Of a stretch of 64,000 bases of DNA, positions 44,903 to 57,289 are shown in pieces. The notes under the pieces are model-generated. The model did not search any database. It was not told the origin of the DNA and saw only the letters and a list, made by a program, of their open reading frames with translations. The DNA comes from the human T2T-CHM13v2.0 reference genome, Homo sapiens. Made by a program: the position numbers and the translations under genes. The stretch lies in the NCBI RefSeq assembly GCF_009914755.1, contig NC_060933.1; one strand, given 5' to 3'. Position 1 is the stretch's first letter. Every line of letters begins with the position of its first letter.

Positions 44903-45216
44903 TTTTTGTTTTGTTTGTTTGTTTTGAGATGGAGTCTTGCTCTGTCGCCCAGGCTGGAGTGCAGTGGCACAATCTCTGCTCACTGCAACCTCTGCCGCCC
45001 AGGGTTCAAGCGATTCTCCTGCCTCAGCCTCCCAAGTAGCTGGGATTACAGGCATGTGCCACCATGCCCAGCTAATTTTTTTGTATTTTTAGTAGAGACA
45101 GGGTTTCAGCATCTTGGCCAGGCTGGTCTTGACCTCCTGACCTCATGATCCACCTGTCTCGGCCTCCCATCACTTTTGGGTGATGGGATTACAGGCATGA
45201 GCCACCACGCCCGGCC
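44903..45216 (-). mobile_element. Alu (AluSg-like)
   Basis: Reverse-complement dimer containing a rearranged hairpin at 45165-45188. Confidence 0.93.
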
Positions 45217-46164
45217 GGAATATATATATATATTTTTTAAAGCATTCAAACCAAGCCAGGCATGGTTGTGCACCTCTAATCCCAGCCACACCTTGCGAGG
45301 CTGAGGGGACAGGATTGCAACATTCAAATCAATATGAAAAAGATGAACAACAAAATAAAAAATTGGGCCAAGAATATAAACAGGGACCTCAACAAAAGAA
45401 AAACAACATGGCCTATAAAATTATGAAAAGATTCTCAATTCACAAGAAATCAGAGCAATATAAATGAAATCAATGAAACATTTTTCATCCATAAGATATG
45501 CAAATATTAAAGTCTTACAAGAATTGCAAGAATGTGCAGGAAGAGGAAATACGATTCACTGCCTGGGAGCATAAATGGCTATGGTGAACCAAAAATTGTA
45601 AAGTTGACTCATTAATTCCACTTACAGGGATGTGCCTAAGGACATATCTACAAAATTACTCATTGAAGCATTATTTATAAACCTGGGAATATTTAAGTAT
45701 CAAAAGAGAAAGAGGAACAAAGTTACAATATGCTCAAATATTGGATTGTAAGAGAGCAATTAAAATGAGCCAACCAGCTCTAAATGGCTTATTTTGTTAC
45801 CTTTGGCAAACCACCTAACTTCTTTAAGCTTCCTCTTTGCTGTGTGTTTTAGTCTAAAATGTAAATATCAGCTTTACAGAGTGAAATGAAAGTAAGAAAG
45901 GACTTAAGTAAAAGGTATACTACATAACAGCATGTAAGAAATATCAGAAATAATAAAATCTGATGACCCCTTGTCGGTAAATAGGCATCACTGACATTCT
46001 CTGAGAAAAAAAGGGATGAGAACCGAACAAGTGATCTGAGATTAAGTAAATATTTCTTAAAACCTTTAAAAAATGAAAGGGCAGCCAAGTAGGTATGAGA
46101 ACTAACCAAAGAGGGTTCAGTTCTCAATAAACAGGTAATTATAAAGGAGACTTTAGTAATATAA

Positions 46165-46525
<361 letters not shown>

Positions 46526-46606
46526 AAGACCAACTGATTTTTAATAAAAAATAATATGAAACAGGACTTATACTGAAGTACCCTCTAAAGTTATGACTTT
46601 TATTAA

Positions 46607-46979
<373 letters not shown>

Positions 46980-48359
46980 GGGAAATGTATTTTTTTAATA
47001 CTCAGTATCTTTATATGAGAAGAAAATAATTTTGGATATGAAGGCAACTTCTAATAGCACTATTAAGCTATCATGAAAAGACAACTTAGAATGTTTTTCA
47101 GAGGGAATATTAATCTGAGAAGTTCTAATTTCCCATAAACTATTTCTGTTAACCTTCAAAAGCGATAGTGAGGCATTTGAACTTAGTTCAGAAAGAATGT
47201 GTCGAAAATCCTAGGCAGTATCGTGAAACACCTAATAAAGACCAAAAGAGGCAATAGGCCCCTTTTGGTTGGACACAGCCTACTTGCCCCTTGCATTAAA
47301 GTTCTAGCTCTCAATACAACATTGAGAATAAATAAAATACAACAAACTTAAAGATGCTATAAAAACAATCAATGAGAGTCAAGTAAATCTAACTCAGATT
47401 AGAAAGTTAATCAATTACCCAGCTAGTAGGTACCTGGGACAACTTGTGGAGGTAAAGAAAACACTGGCGAGCATCGAATAATGAGTGTTCATTTGGAAGG
47501 GGAACTTAACGAAAAAAAATATGTACTAACAAAGTGTGTAAGTGCTTAAAGCTAGAAGATATCTCAACTTAAACACCTAGTAAAAAAAAAACGAGCCATA
47601 TTTAATAAGAAAAATCTGAAACAAATAGCAAAAGGTTCAGAAATATTTGTCTAATAAAATTTCTCCCCGACTCCAGTTGTGAGGCACAGGGATTATTCAG
47701 AGCGAAAGATTTGCAAAGCCTATTTTGGGAAATAATTGTATTCACTGATATCAGGATTTAAAATGTCATTGGCACTAAAATTCATTTTCCAATGGAAAAC
47801 GTAAAAGTCAATTTTTATATCTAAAAAGAGGTAATGGATATATAAACATGTTTATGTGTTTTAGAAATAAAAATACTTCATTAATAGAAAAAAATTAAAT
47901 ACATTTCTAGTATACTTAAATATTTAGCTATTCACAAGTCTTTACTGCTTTACTCCAAGAACTCTAGCTGAAAAGAGACTAATACAGAAATATCAAGACA
48001 TGCTGACCACCTCAGAAAGAAGCATGCAGTGGTGGTTTTTTCTTTTTTCTTCATTAAGGCATTTAATTCAATGTTCAACATACAACAGGTGCTTAACAAA
48101 TATTTGGTGATATCAGTAGGTCTCTTTTTAAAGAAAACTGAATAAAAAATGATTTTTTTAATTATTAACCCGCCTTATTATTACTAGTAACCTGCCTTTA
48201 CAGAAGTTTTTCTTCTATACATAATCCAGTATCACACACAAAAAAAACTGTAAGTTAAGTCTACTCTATAAATACCTATAACTTACATTACAGGAACTCA
48301 AAAATAACAGAAATAGACATATGCACACACTAACACCGAATGAAGGAAAAGTGAGTCTA

Positions 48360-48378
48360 TGCCACCATCTAGTGGCTG
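48360..48378 (-). promoter_or_regulatory. Candidate CTCF core motif
   Basis: Minus strand reads cagCCACTAGATGGTGgca, compared with consensus CCACYAGRKGGCR (one mismatch). Confidence 0.5.
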
Positions 48379-48819
48379 CAGAATAATAAAGCACCAAAAC
48401 AAGAAAGTACCCAGGGATGTAGTACCAGAATATAAGCATCTAGAATTTACATGTAGAGCTACTGCCCTCCTATTCAGTTGGGCCAGCACTGGCATTACCT
48501 GGCCTATTCAGTTGGGCCAGAATTGGGTCTACCTGCTTGCTTCTGCATAAGTCTGACCTTCGAAAAAAACCAAGCGGGAACACCATCAAGTTTCCTTTGC
48601 TCACCTCATACAATTCCCACCACATTTCAACGGATACCTATTTGTTATGAAAGGTATAAAAATGCATCTTCACATTCGTCAGACCAGATGGGCAATAATA
48701 AAAAATTGGTCAGGAAAACCTCATACATTGCTATTAAACAGTCTGGCACTACTTAGTAAAGATGAATATGTACATAACTTATGACCCAGCAATTCCACTC
48801 CTGGGTATGTAATCCAGAG

Positions 48820-49371
48820 TAGTGGTTTGTAATTTCCAGTACACAGATCCTGAGTGAATCTATAGATAGAATTCAGAGGGTCTGATAAGTTGGATGAATA
48901 ACAATTCCATCTTTATTGGCAACAACTTCTAACTAAAATTAACCATTTCCTTTATGAAGGTAGGCAACAAACCACAATATTAGCAGGACCTGTGACTTCG
49001 TAACCAATAAATATTATAGACAATGTCAAATTCCATTTATAGTTGTTGTAAATACATAAAAATTTCTTCCACACTTATCACTACTTCAAAATTACATCTT
49101 TTACACCCACTATTAGATATTGTTTTTTAGTGCCCTAATAAAGAAGCATCTCTATTTCTTTTTAAAAAGTTTTTTATATTTCATTATTCTAGTTCATTTT
49201 TTTCATATTTGATTTTGTATTTTGATTATTCTAGTTCACTTTTTTCACTGTATTTGTTTTCTTTGCAACCCTATGTATTTGTTATACATTTAAAAACATT
49301 TGGGATCCACAGGCTCACAAGATTTTGAAAGGATTTTAAGACACAAAAAAAGGTTAGTAATACCTGCCCTA
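48820..49371 (+). mobile_element. hAT-Charlie DNA transposon (Charlie4a-like) nested in an old L1M 3' end
   Basis: gatagaattcagagggtc...ttggatg; gtaggcaacaaaccacaatattagcag; end aaaaaggttagtaatacctgccctagag. Confidence 0.7.
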
Positions 49372-51119
49372 GAGAAATTCTTCTGGCGGAACCAGGAGAC
49401 ATCTACAAATAAATTCAAACAGCTTTGTTTATAATAGTCAGATGGACAAAAAAACAAGGTATTTTCATGTAATAGAATAGCATACTAAAGGGATGTGAAT
49501 TAATTATTACAACTGCATTAATGTGGTTGATTTGCAAAAGCCTAAAGTTATAGCTAACAGTTATGTAACAAAATAATAAAATTAGTTAATAAACAATCTA
49601 AAACAGGCAAACCAAAGCAATATACTCTTTAGAGTTATATACAAATGTAGTTGAATTATTTCAGAAAAATCAATGTAATAACACAAAATTTGGGATCATG
49701 GTTACTTGAGGGAATTGGAGGAGAGGGTTGTAAGAAGAATGTGACCAGGAATGAACATGTATTGAGCTTCTGAGTTGCTGGCAATACCCTTTTGCTTAAG
49801 CCTTGTGGCAAGAGCACAGACATTCACTTTATTATTCTTCTTTAAAGTGTACAGATATCTCATATACACTTTCATACCTATAATAAATGTTTGATATTAC
49901 CTTCTTAGATAGGTCATCTCTGTCTATCCAATCCAAAATAACTACCCAGTTACTCTATATCATACGAGCCTATTTTAATAATCTAGTTTTTTGATAGGAT
50001 TTTTCTAGCTTTGAACTGTCTATCCTTTGGACTATTTGTCAGAATTTCAGGATATGCAACAATAATTTTCAAAATATTTATCCTATACATTTTCCAGGCA
50101 GTTTAGGGATATGCTTTTTAAAATAGCCACAGAACAATATTACATTTTAAATTCTGTCTAAAAGCTACTTTCCACTGCAAATCTAAAATTACCTTAATAA
50201 TCACATATCTTTTAAAAATAAATGGTAAACTGAACTGGTTTTACAATTGGGCTTCAAAGTCTGTGCCACTTCGTAGCAATGAAACTGAGAAAATTCTCTT
50301 TTCAGACTTCACCTTTCTCACTTAAAAAACGAAGATAAAGCTTAACTCACAGTATTTGAGGATATTTAAAACCTGTGAGAAAGAGAATAGGAGAATATTT
50401 TAGCTACTTAGAAGCACTTAACAATGTTTAGCCATCTCTCAATTGTAGCCATGAATTTTGCCCCTATCTGTATTTTCCTCTTGGAAATTCCTCTTGGAAG
50501 TTCCCTGTATCTTTCTGCTGGATGGATGCAGTTAATGATGAGACTAGGGAATGGCAAAGCCACCGGGTAGAAGCCTGGCTCCCTAATTCACTAAGTATAG
50601 AAGAGCTACCTGCCAACTAGAAAAACCCACTTTGTATTCTTATAAAAAATAAACTCCTATAGTGTTTGAGTAATAATACACTTTTTTGAGTGTTGATTTA
50701 CAAGAGCTATTTAATCTACCCTAATTAATATATTATTGAAAGATACTACCAAATGCTGAGTGTTCTGGCCTTCTTCCCTCCTCAGCCTCAGGAAACTGGC
50801 AGCAAGGCTTTTCTCACACAGATAAGATACTGGAAGTTTCCCTTCCCTAACACTGACTACACAGATAAATAACTTGCAGATAACAGTTTGGGGGGAGGGG
50901 ATACAGCCTTCAGTGAAATACCCAGGTCAGATCACCTCACAGTGAAGCCCACTATTTGAAGAGATTCACCTGTGCTTACAGTGCTTTTAACATGTTTTTC
51001 TCACTCCAAAATATATTTTTAATGTAAACATCAATAAACGCAGGAAGGAAAGTGTATTTTGAGGGAGTGGTATGAAGAAACCTAAATCCTAAATATCCAA
51101 GTCAATAGCTAGAATCCTG

Positions 51120-51345
51120 ACCACTTTTAGAATTCCACTAGCACCTTTATTCGTATCTTACTTTATTTTTCTTTATATTATTTGACAATCCCTGATATAT
51201 TTACTCTTCCTTTTTTTATCTGTTTCCTCCATCCTGGATGTTCCAAGAGGACGGGACTTTGAATTTTGCTCAATTCTGTACCCCAGTTTCTGGAAAAGTG
51301 CCTGGAACATGGAAGGAATTTAGTAAATATCTGTTGAATAAGTAA
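51120..51345 (+). mobile_element. L2 3' end
   Basis: ttccaagaggacgggactttg...ctgtaccccag...gtgcctggaacatgg...agtaaatatctgttgaat. Confidence 0.75.
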
Positions 51346-52399
51346 ATGGATTGGCAATTACAGGGTTTAAAAAAAAAGGTCTAAGAAAATAATTTACTCA
51401 TATAGATCCAGTCCTGATACAAATGATTTTTTTAGTCTTGCATGGTTACAAATAGATGTCTCTCTTCTAGAAAAACTGAGGCAACCCTTCCGAAATAACT
51501 AATTTTAAAAAGTCTCCCTTCCTTTGAACAGACAATTCCAAAGCTCTTCCACAAGGCACAACCAATACAACCCAGGTCATGGCCCTGCAATCCCTCCCTA
51601 GTCCTCATGATGTAAGCAATATTACATTAATGTTTACAATAATGTAATTATTAGCAAGAATAATGTAAACATTAATATAGATTACTGTAAATTAATAGTG
51701 TAATTAATTACTGTAAATTAACATAAGCATTATTAGATGCAGGAAGACAAGTGAATTTGGGGGCAGTGGCATCTATGAGACATAAATCCTCATCTGCCAC
51801 AGAAGGAAGTCAACACATACTATCCGTAACTGAAAATGCAATAAACAGCAGAAAACACTACTTACTTAAAAATACAGAAACAAGCATTAAATGAAACAGC
51901 TTGAAATGTTGAAGGTGGTTACTCTGGGAACCAACACTCCCGGACTGGGAGGACTAGACCAGGGTATGTTTAACTTTGACTTTTTCATTTCAGGCTCGAT
52001 GCTGCCATTTCTCTGAGCTCGTGGAAAATTTAATCTAAATCTTAATTAGGAGCCTTCTAAGATGGAGAACACATTCATTGCAGAGAGGTCAGGCTCAAAT
52101 ACACGTCTATCACAACATCTAAAACTTAACTCGGAAAAAACCTCCACGATTTTAAATACAAAGCACTGCACATGCACGCGCTCAACACCTCTCCTTCTTT
52201 CCCCATGGACAACACACCCACAACCCCTGCACATTTACCAATCTACACAACTGAGCACTGGAGCGAATGAGGTGAGTGAGGGCCCAGAAAGTTGAAGCAG
52301 GAACGATCCGAGCCTTCAGTTAATCCTAACGTCACCTCTAACGTTTGGGGTAAGAACGTTTCAGGAAACCAAGGGGGAACCAACGCTCAGCACAGCAGA

Positions 52400-53270
52400 G
52401 AAAGACACCAAGCTACGGGACCCGCCGCGCCTCCCGCGCCGGGGTGGAGCTGACCCCGCCGAGCCCCGCCCCAGCCTGCGTCTGCCAATGATCCAGGAGC
52501 CGCTCCTTTCCACTCGGGAAACCTTCAGAGGAGTCTCAGAAAGGACACGGCTGGCTGCTTTTCTCAGCGCCGAAGCCGCGCCATGCTCGTCCTCAGAAGC
52601 GCCCTGACTCGGGCGCTGGCCTCACGGACGCTGGCGCCTCAGGTACCGGCCACCGGGGTACCCAAGCCTTCACCCGACGGGAGGGGAGGGGCGGGGAGTG
52701 TTCCGGGTACGTGCGAGCAATGCGCATGCGCTCTCCGCCACGCGCGCCCAGACCTGGGGCCCCGGTGAGGTTCTAGCGTGAGCCCCGGAACCCCAAGACA
52801 GGGGTACCCGGAACGCGCGTGAGGAGGAGGCCGCTGCTAGGGGAATACCCCCAGCCGGGGTCGTCTCGCGGGCAGTGGTGGTCAGAAGGCTTTTCTAGCC
52901 TGGATGCCACACCCACCGGGACACTCCCATGGCGCCGGCTGTTTCGTTTTTGCTGCCCAGCTATGTCGCGGCTGCGGCCCAGCGAGCGCTCCCATGTTGT
53001 CACCTGGCGCTGTGGAGCCGCGGGTGGAGTCGTAGCTTTCCAAGCCACCGCCCTCTCTAGACATCAGGTTGAAGGAGGGAATTGTCAACCAGCCGCTTGC
53101 CACGGAACCGGCCTCCCCCTTTTAAATGAAGCACACAACTTCCGAGCATTTCGCGGAGACCCTTGAAGAGGAGGCCCAGGGTCCCGGTGGGGCTGGACCC
53201 TGCCCGCCACCCGCGCTTCGTGTGGTCGCTCCCCCAACCAGGCGGGACCGGAGCCTCCTATCAAACCGGA
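52400..53270 (+). promoter_or_regulatory. CpG island and TATA-less promoter of NIPSNAP3A
   Basis: Dense CpG and high GC. GC box ccccgcccc at 52464-52472, CCAAT at 52485-52489, NRF1 motif TGCGCATGCGC at 52721-52731, and ETS CCGGAA sites. Confidence 0.88.
52583..52642 (+). CDS. NIPSNAP3A: NIPSNAP3A coding exon 1 (aa 1-20, mitochondrial-presequence-like)
   Basis: gcgccATG Kozak context; MLVLRSALTRALASRTLAPQ; donor CAG|gtaccg, phase 0. Confidence 0.95.
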
Positions 53271-54424
53271 CGATGACAGACAGACTCTTTTAACCTTAGA
53301 TGAGAAATGGACAAAATGGAGCTTGTGATTCTGCCCTAACTTTCGGGAGTGGCCTATTCTGTGGCTTCAACCTAGAAATTTCTTTTCCTTTTCATGTTTA
53401 GGACTTTACTCCTTTCTGAAGGGGCAGGATGGGAAGGGGATTAACCTGTCCTAGAGACAGACTGAGGAGCACTAAAGAAGAGCAGCTCATGTCCATTCAC
53501 CCCGGGTTAACAATGCAGTTTTTACCCTAATGATTCTCCAGTGGGGCAGGGCCAGGAATGACGTCCTTATGGCATGATTCCAAACTTTAAGTTTTTAGAA
53601 ATGTCCATCAGTTGTTCTCTTTTAAGTGAAGTGGAGGTCGTTGCTGGTGGGAATGATCCCTAACTTGGAGATAAGGGAGGATGGACGACTCATGATTTCT
53701 GCCCTAGCAGCTAAAAGTCATCCCTGCAACAAAATTCTTAACTCCCATCCGGCTCCCCCACCATACCCGGCTCCCCTGCAGTCTTCCTTCTCTGGCACCA
53801 CCTGTCCACATCTCTCTCCCTCTCTCACTGTAGGTTCCCTACTGTATATTAATACTGCCCAAAATTGTAAAAATGTGTACCTTTGATCAACTATTTTATC
53901 CTCCAAATACAAATTCCTCGAATCAACCTGAAATCCATTTGTCACAAATGCCCCATTGGCCTATCTCCTGATATATTTTATTATAATAATTTTGAAATTA
54001 TGGATACTAGGCACTTGCTTCTTGACCAACATTGTTACTAGAGTTTGGTTTAAAAGCACAAAAAGAGTGTCCACAAAAGGCAGGGGCAGCTGCAGCTGTT
54101 TTTGTTGGTAGGCTTAGTCATTTGAGCAATAAGAATATAAGTCACACACGAATAGAATTAACTCTAGATAATTATCATTAAGCCTTATCATACACAGTTA
54201 CATAATTTTGTATTTTGTAAACAAAAATATGTCGGAGCAAAAGCCTACTGCTTTCAGACAGACATACTGGCTAGTCAGTATAAGCCCTAATTTGTCCATA
54301 GCTTTGTAGGTATCAAAACTGTCTTCACAGATTATTCTGGTGTAATCAACTTAAGGAAATGGCACATGCTATTCAAACTTAAGTAAGATGGATTTATAAG
54401 AATATCACGAATGCCTGTGTGTAT

Positions 54425-54500
54425 ACCATGAGTGCATATATATATGTGTGTGTGCGTATGTGTGTGTGTATGTGTATACATATATACACATAGATACCTA
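54425..54500. repeat. (TA)/(TG)/(CA) compound microsatellite
   Basis: atatatatatgtgtgtgtgcgtatgtgtgtgtgtatgtgtatacatatatacac. Confidence 0.85.
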
Positions 54501-55218
54501 CATAGAGGATAATCTTAGGCGAGGTATTTCTTACAGAAAGTTCAACCAGAACACAAATTAGAAATTTACAGTGCGTGTATGACTATTACAAAAGGAATTA
54601 ATGGTTCTTAAGTGATATTTTCATCAATGTGGTATAAGTGGATTCATTAAATGTTGTTCACATTGCATCTGTAATTAGAAACTAATAATCAGAAAATTTT
54701 GACTCTGAATTTTCTTTTCTCAGCATTCATGTTCTACCATTATATTACAATGCAATTGGATAGGTCAGAGCTTTTTATTGCATTAGTTACATTCCAGTCC
54801 TAATTTTGGTCAGTGGTTTACTTCATTGAATTAGGAAATACTTTGACCTGAACTGTAATTTCCATTTTTTTCAAGAACCTAAAAGAGTTTTCTTCTAGTA
54901 AACATTTTTTTCATTATGCCTGCCAAAAGTTACGTGCATAGTTAATAAAGTTCTTTGATGTGCATAACTGTAACACGTATGCTCTTGACTAAAGATGCAA
55001 TATTGGCTAATAGGAAAACTTTTGTAAATTTGTTAGAATCCTAATTGTAGTTCTTGGATAAAGAAGTATCATTAAGATCTCAGCGCCTTCTTATGAGCAA
55101 TTTCTGAAAAAGTGGCTAAAGGTGACAGTGAACCCCCACTAGGAAACAGTAACTACACACTCAGCATATTTAAGAGTAGTTGTCTTTATTGACACCTCTA
55201 TGTAAACAAATGTATATG

Positions 55219-55604
55219 TGAAGCAGGAGAATAGGGTCTTGAGGCAGGGAACCTAAGGACTTCCTAGAACTAAATCAAACCCTTCAGCTATGACAAGAAA
55301 TACCCTCTTCATTTACATAGGGTGTACACAGAGTAAATGACTTTGCAACTTTACTTCATCCTCTTCATTTATATACGGCTTACACCACATAGCCAATGGG
55401 ACACCTCTAGAGGGTACTGAAACCCTAGAAAATTCTGTAACCAGGGCCCTTGAGCCACTTGCTCAGGCCCACTCCTACCCTGTGGAGTGTGCTTTCATTT
55501 TCAATAGATCTCTGCTTTTGTTACTTCATTCTTTCCTTGCTTTGTGCATTTTGTCCAGTTCTTTGTTCAAACACCAAGAACCTGGACACCCTCCATCAGT
55601 AACA
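55219..55604 (+). mobile_element. ERV1 solo LTR, MER61 family, sense orientation in NIPSNAP3A intron 1
   Basis: Starts tgaagcaggagaatagggtcttgaggcagggaacctaagg and ends ...cctggacaccctccatcagtaaca; imperfect 4-bp TSD tatg/tatt. Confidence 0.82.
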
Positions 55605-55743
55605 TATTGAGAATTGACAACAGAAGTACAAACATGAGTAATGAGTCTATGAGTGTCCCTTGTACCAGATTCAGATTAGGTTTTAACACAATATAATGAA
55701 TCCTGTCTTCTCAAGATATTTACATTTGTCTTATCTTCTTCAG

Positions 55744-55954
55744 ATGTGCTCATCTTTTGCTACGGGACCCAGACAATACGATGGAATATTCTATGAATTT
55801 CGTTCTTATTACCTTAAGCCCTCAAAGATGAATGAGTTCCTGGAAAATTTTGAGAAAAACGCTCATCTTCGGACAGCTCACTCTGAATTGGTTGGATACT
55901 GGAGTGTAGAATTTGGAGGCAGAATGAATACAGTGTTTCATATTTGGAAGTATG
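55744..55954 (+). CDS. NIPSNAP3A: NIPSNAP3A coding exon 2 (211 nt)
   Basis: cttcttcag|ATG TGC...AAG TAT G|gtaaag; MCSSFATGPRQYDGIFYEFRSYYLKP...FHIWKY (NIPSNAP domain). Confidence 0.96.
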
Positions 55955-57117
55955 GTAAAGAGTCATCCAATTTTGGCTTTCAGTATAGATTTTCATTTTT
56001 CAGTATAGATTTTCATTCTGTTAAATGTAACATAAAACTTAGTTCTTGGATGTATATTATTTTAGATACATACAGGTTAACTAAGACTTTTGAAAAGCAA
56101 TACCAAAAAAATAAATTCAGTTCTTATTCTTCCCAGTGGTACACCTCTAACCCCTTGCTTAAACATTACATTATATTACATTATAAATTGGAAGACATGG
56201 CATCTCATATATCAAGCGATAAAATTGTGAACTAGACTTTAAACCTCAGAAAAATATTAAAATGGTTTGCTGTAAAGATAGTTCATGAAAAATTTAAAGC
56301 AGCAATTGTAAAAGTCCAAGTGGATTAAGATCACAAAAGGAAAGGAGAAGTATCTTTTCTCTTTTTGAAGCTAGGGGGCTGGATATCAGTATTTTAGCAG
56401 AAATAATTCAACCATTTAAGGGACTTTACAATATGGAGGTTTATAGGGGATGATGGTTAACTTTCAATCCTCACTGAACTCTGAGATTTAATAATTCTGT
56501 TATGTTTAGAGACCACATTTGTTTCATATCTGTACCCCCAGAGTTTTGAGGAATTCACTGTCATACTACTCTAGGGAGGTAAAAGAAAAGGAATGAAAGA
56601 GAGTTCTTCCCGTGTTGAAACTAACCTACGCCTGGTTTAGTAGAGGAAGGAGAATAAGTTACAAGAATGCCCAGAATGCTTGTTACTCCAGTGTCTACAT
56701 CAGGACTTGATGATACCTAAAGAATTTTTAATAATTTCATTTAGTGTTTGGTTTAGGGTTTTTCCCTGTTAATAGAAAAAGCCCCATTAAAATACATTTT
56801 ATGCTTTAGATGTGGTACAAGTTGTATCACAGCCCATTAAAAAAACTAAGTTCTGATATACCTCACTTAAGTTGTAAGATAGGTATTCTTCCTTATCCCA
56901 ATGTAAACCATATGAACCTCTCTTGCCATTAGTCTTATGAGGTCCTAATGGTAATTATAGTACTAGGCCCATATGTTGGCAAATGTATATAACTGTTTGG
57001 GTAACTTAAATAGAAGAGAAATAAGTGCTGGGGAGAAAGAATGGATGACAATAAGAGAATCAGCATTATTTCTTTGAAATCTGTTTGTTCAAAGGAGAAG
57101 AGGCTTAAAAAGTACGG

Positions 57118-57183
57118 TTTAACTTCACTCATGTTAAATTTGATTCAAGATGTTTTAACTTCACTCATGTTAAATTTGATTCA
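57118..57183. repeat. 30-bp identical direct repeat, period 36
   Basis: tttaacttcactcatgttaaatttgattca at 57118-57147 and 57154-57183. Confidence 0.93.
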
Positions 57184-57289
57184 GGGTGTATCTGAACTTG
57201 ACTACCCACCACCACCAAAGAAAAACAGTCTTTCTCTAAACTAGCACTATAAGTTAAATGCCTCATCAAGTAAGAATAGTTCACATATA

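Larger units (their letters stand above)
42800..45780 (+). mobile_element. Highly diverged old L1M ORF2 remnant, interrupted by Alus
   Basis: gccaatctcacttataaacatagac; caatggaacagattagaaggatccagaaatag; ctttagcaaggctgccaaccacaagatcaac. Confidence 0.65.

Noticed and set aside
47241-47269. 12-bp hairpin accaaaagaggc-aatag-gccccttttggt
   Set aside because: Too short for a pre-miRNA, does not match the histone stem-loop or any ncRNA I recognise, and is plausible by chance in 64 kb.
52773-53166. Overlapping ORFs in the CpG island
   Set aside because: GC-rich sequence is depleted of stop codons; no recognisable domain or exon structure.
55300-55395. p53 response element in the MER61 LTR
   Set aside because: Some MER61 subfamilies carry p53 sites, but this copy reads gggtgtacac and ggcttacacc and lacks RRRCWWGYYY half-sites.
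55696-56235. 179-aa ORF as a standalone gene
   Set aside because: It is NIPSNAP3A exon 2 with intronic read-through on both sides. The part after the 55954 donor has no protein-like features.
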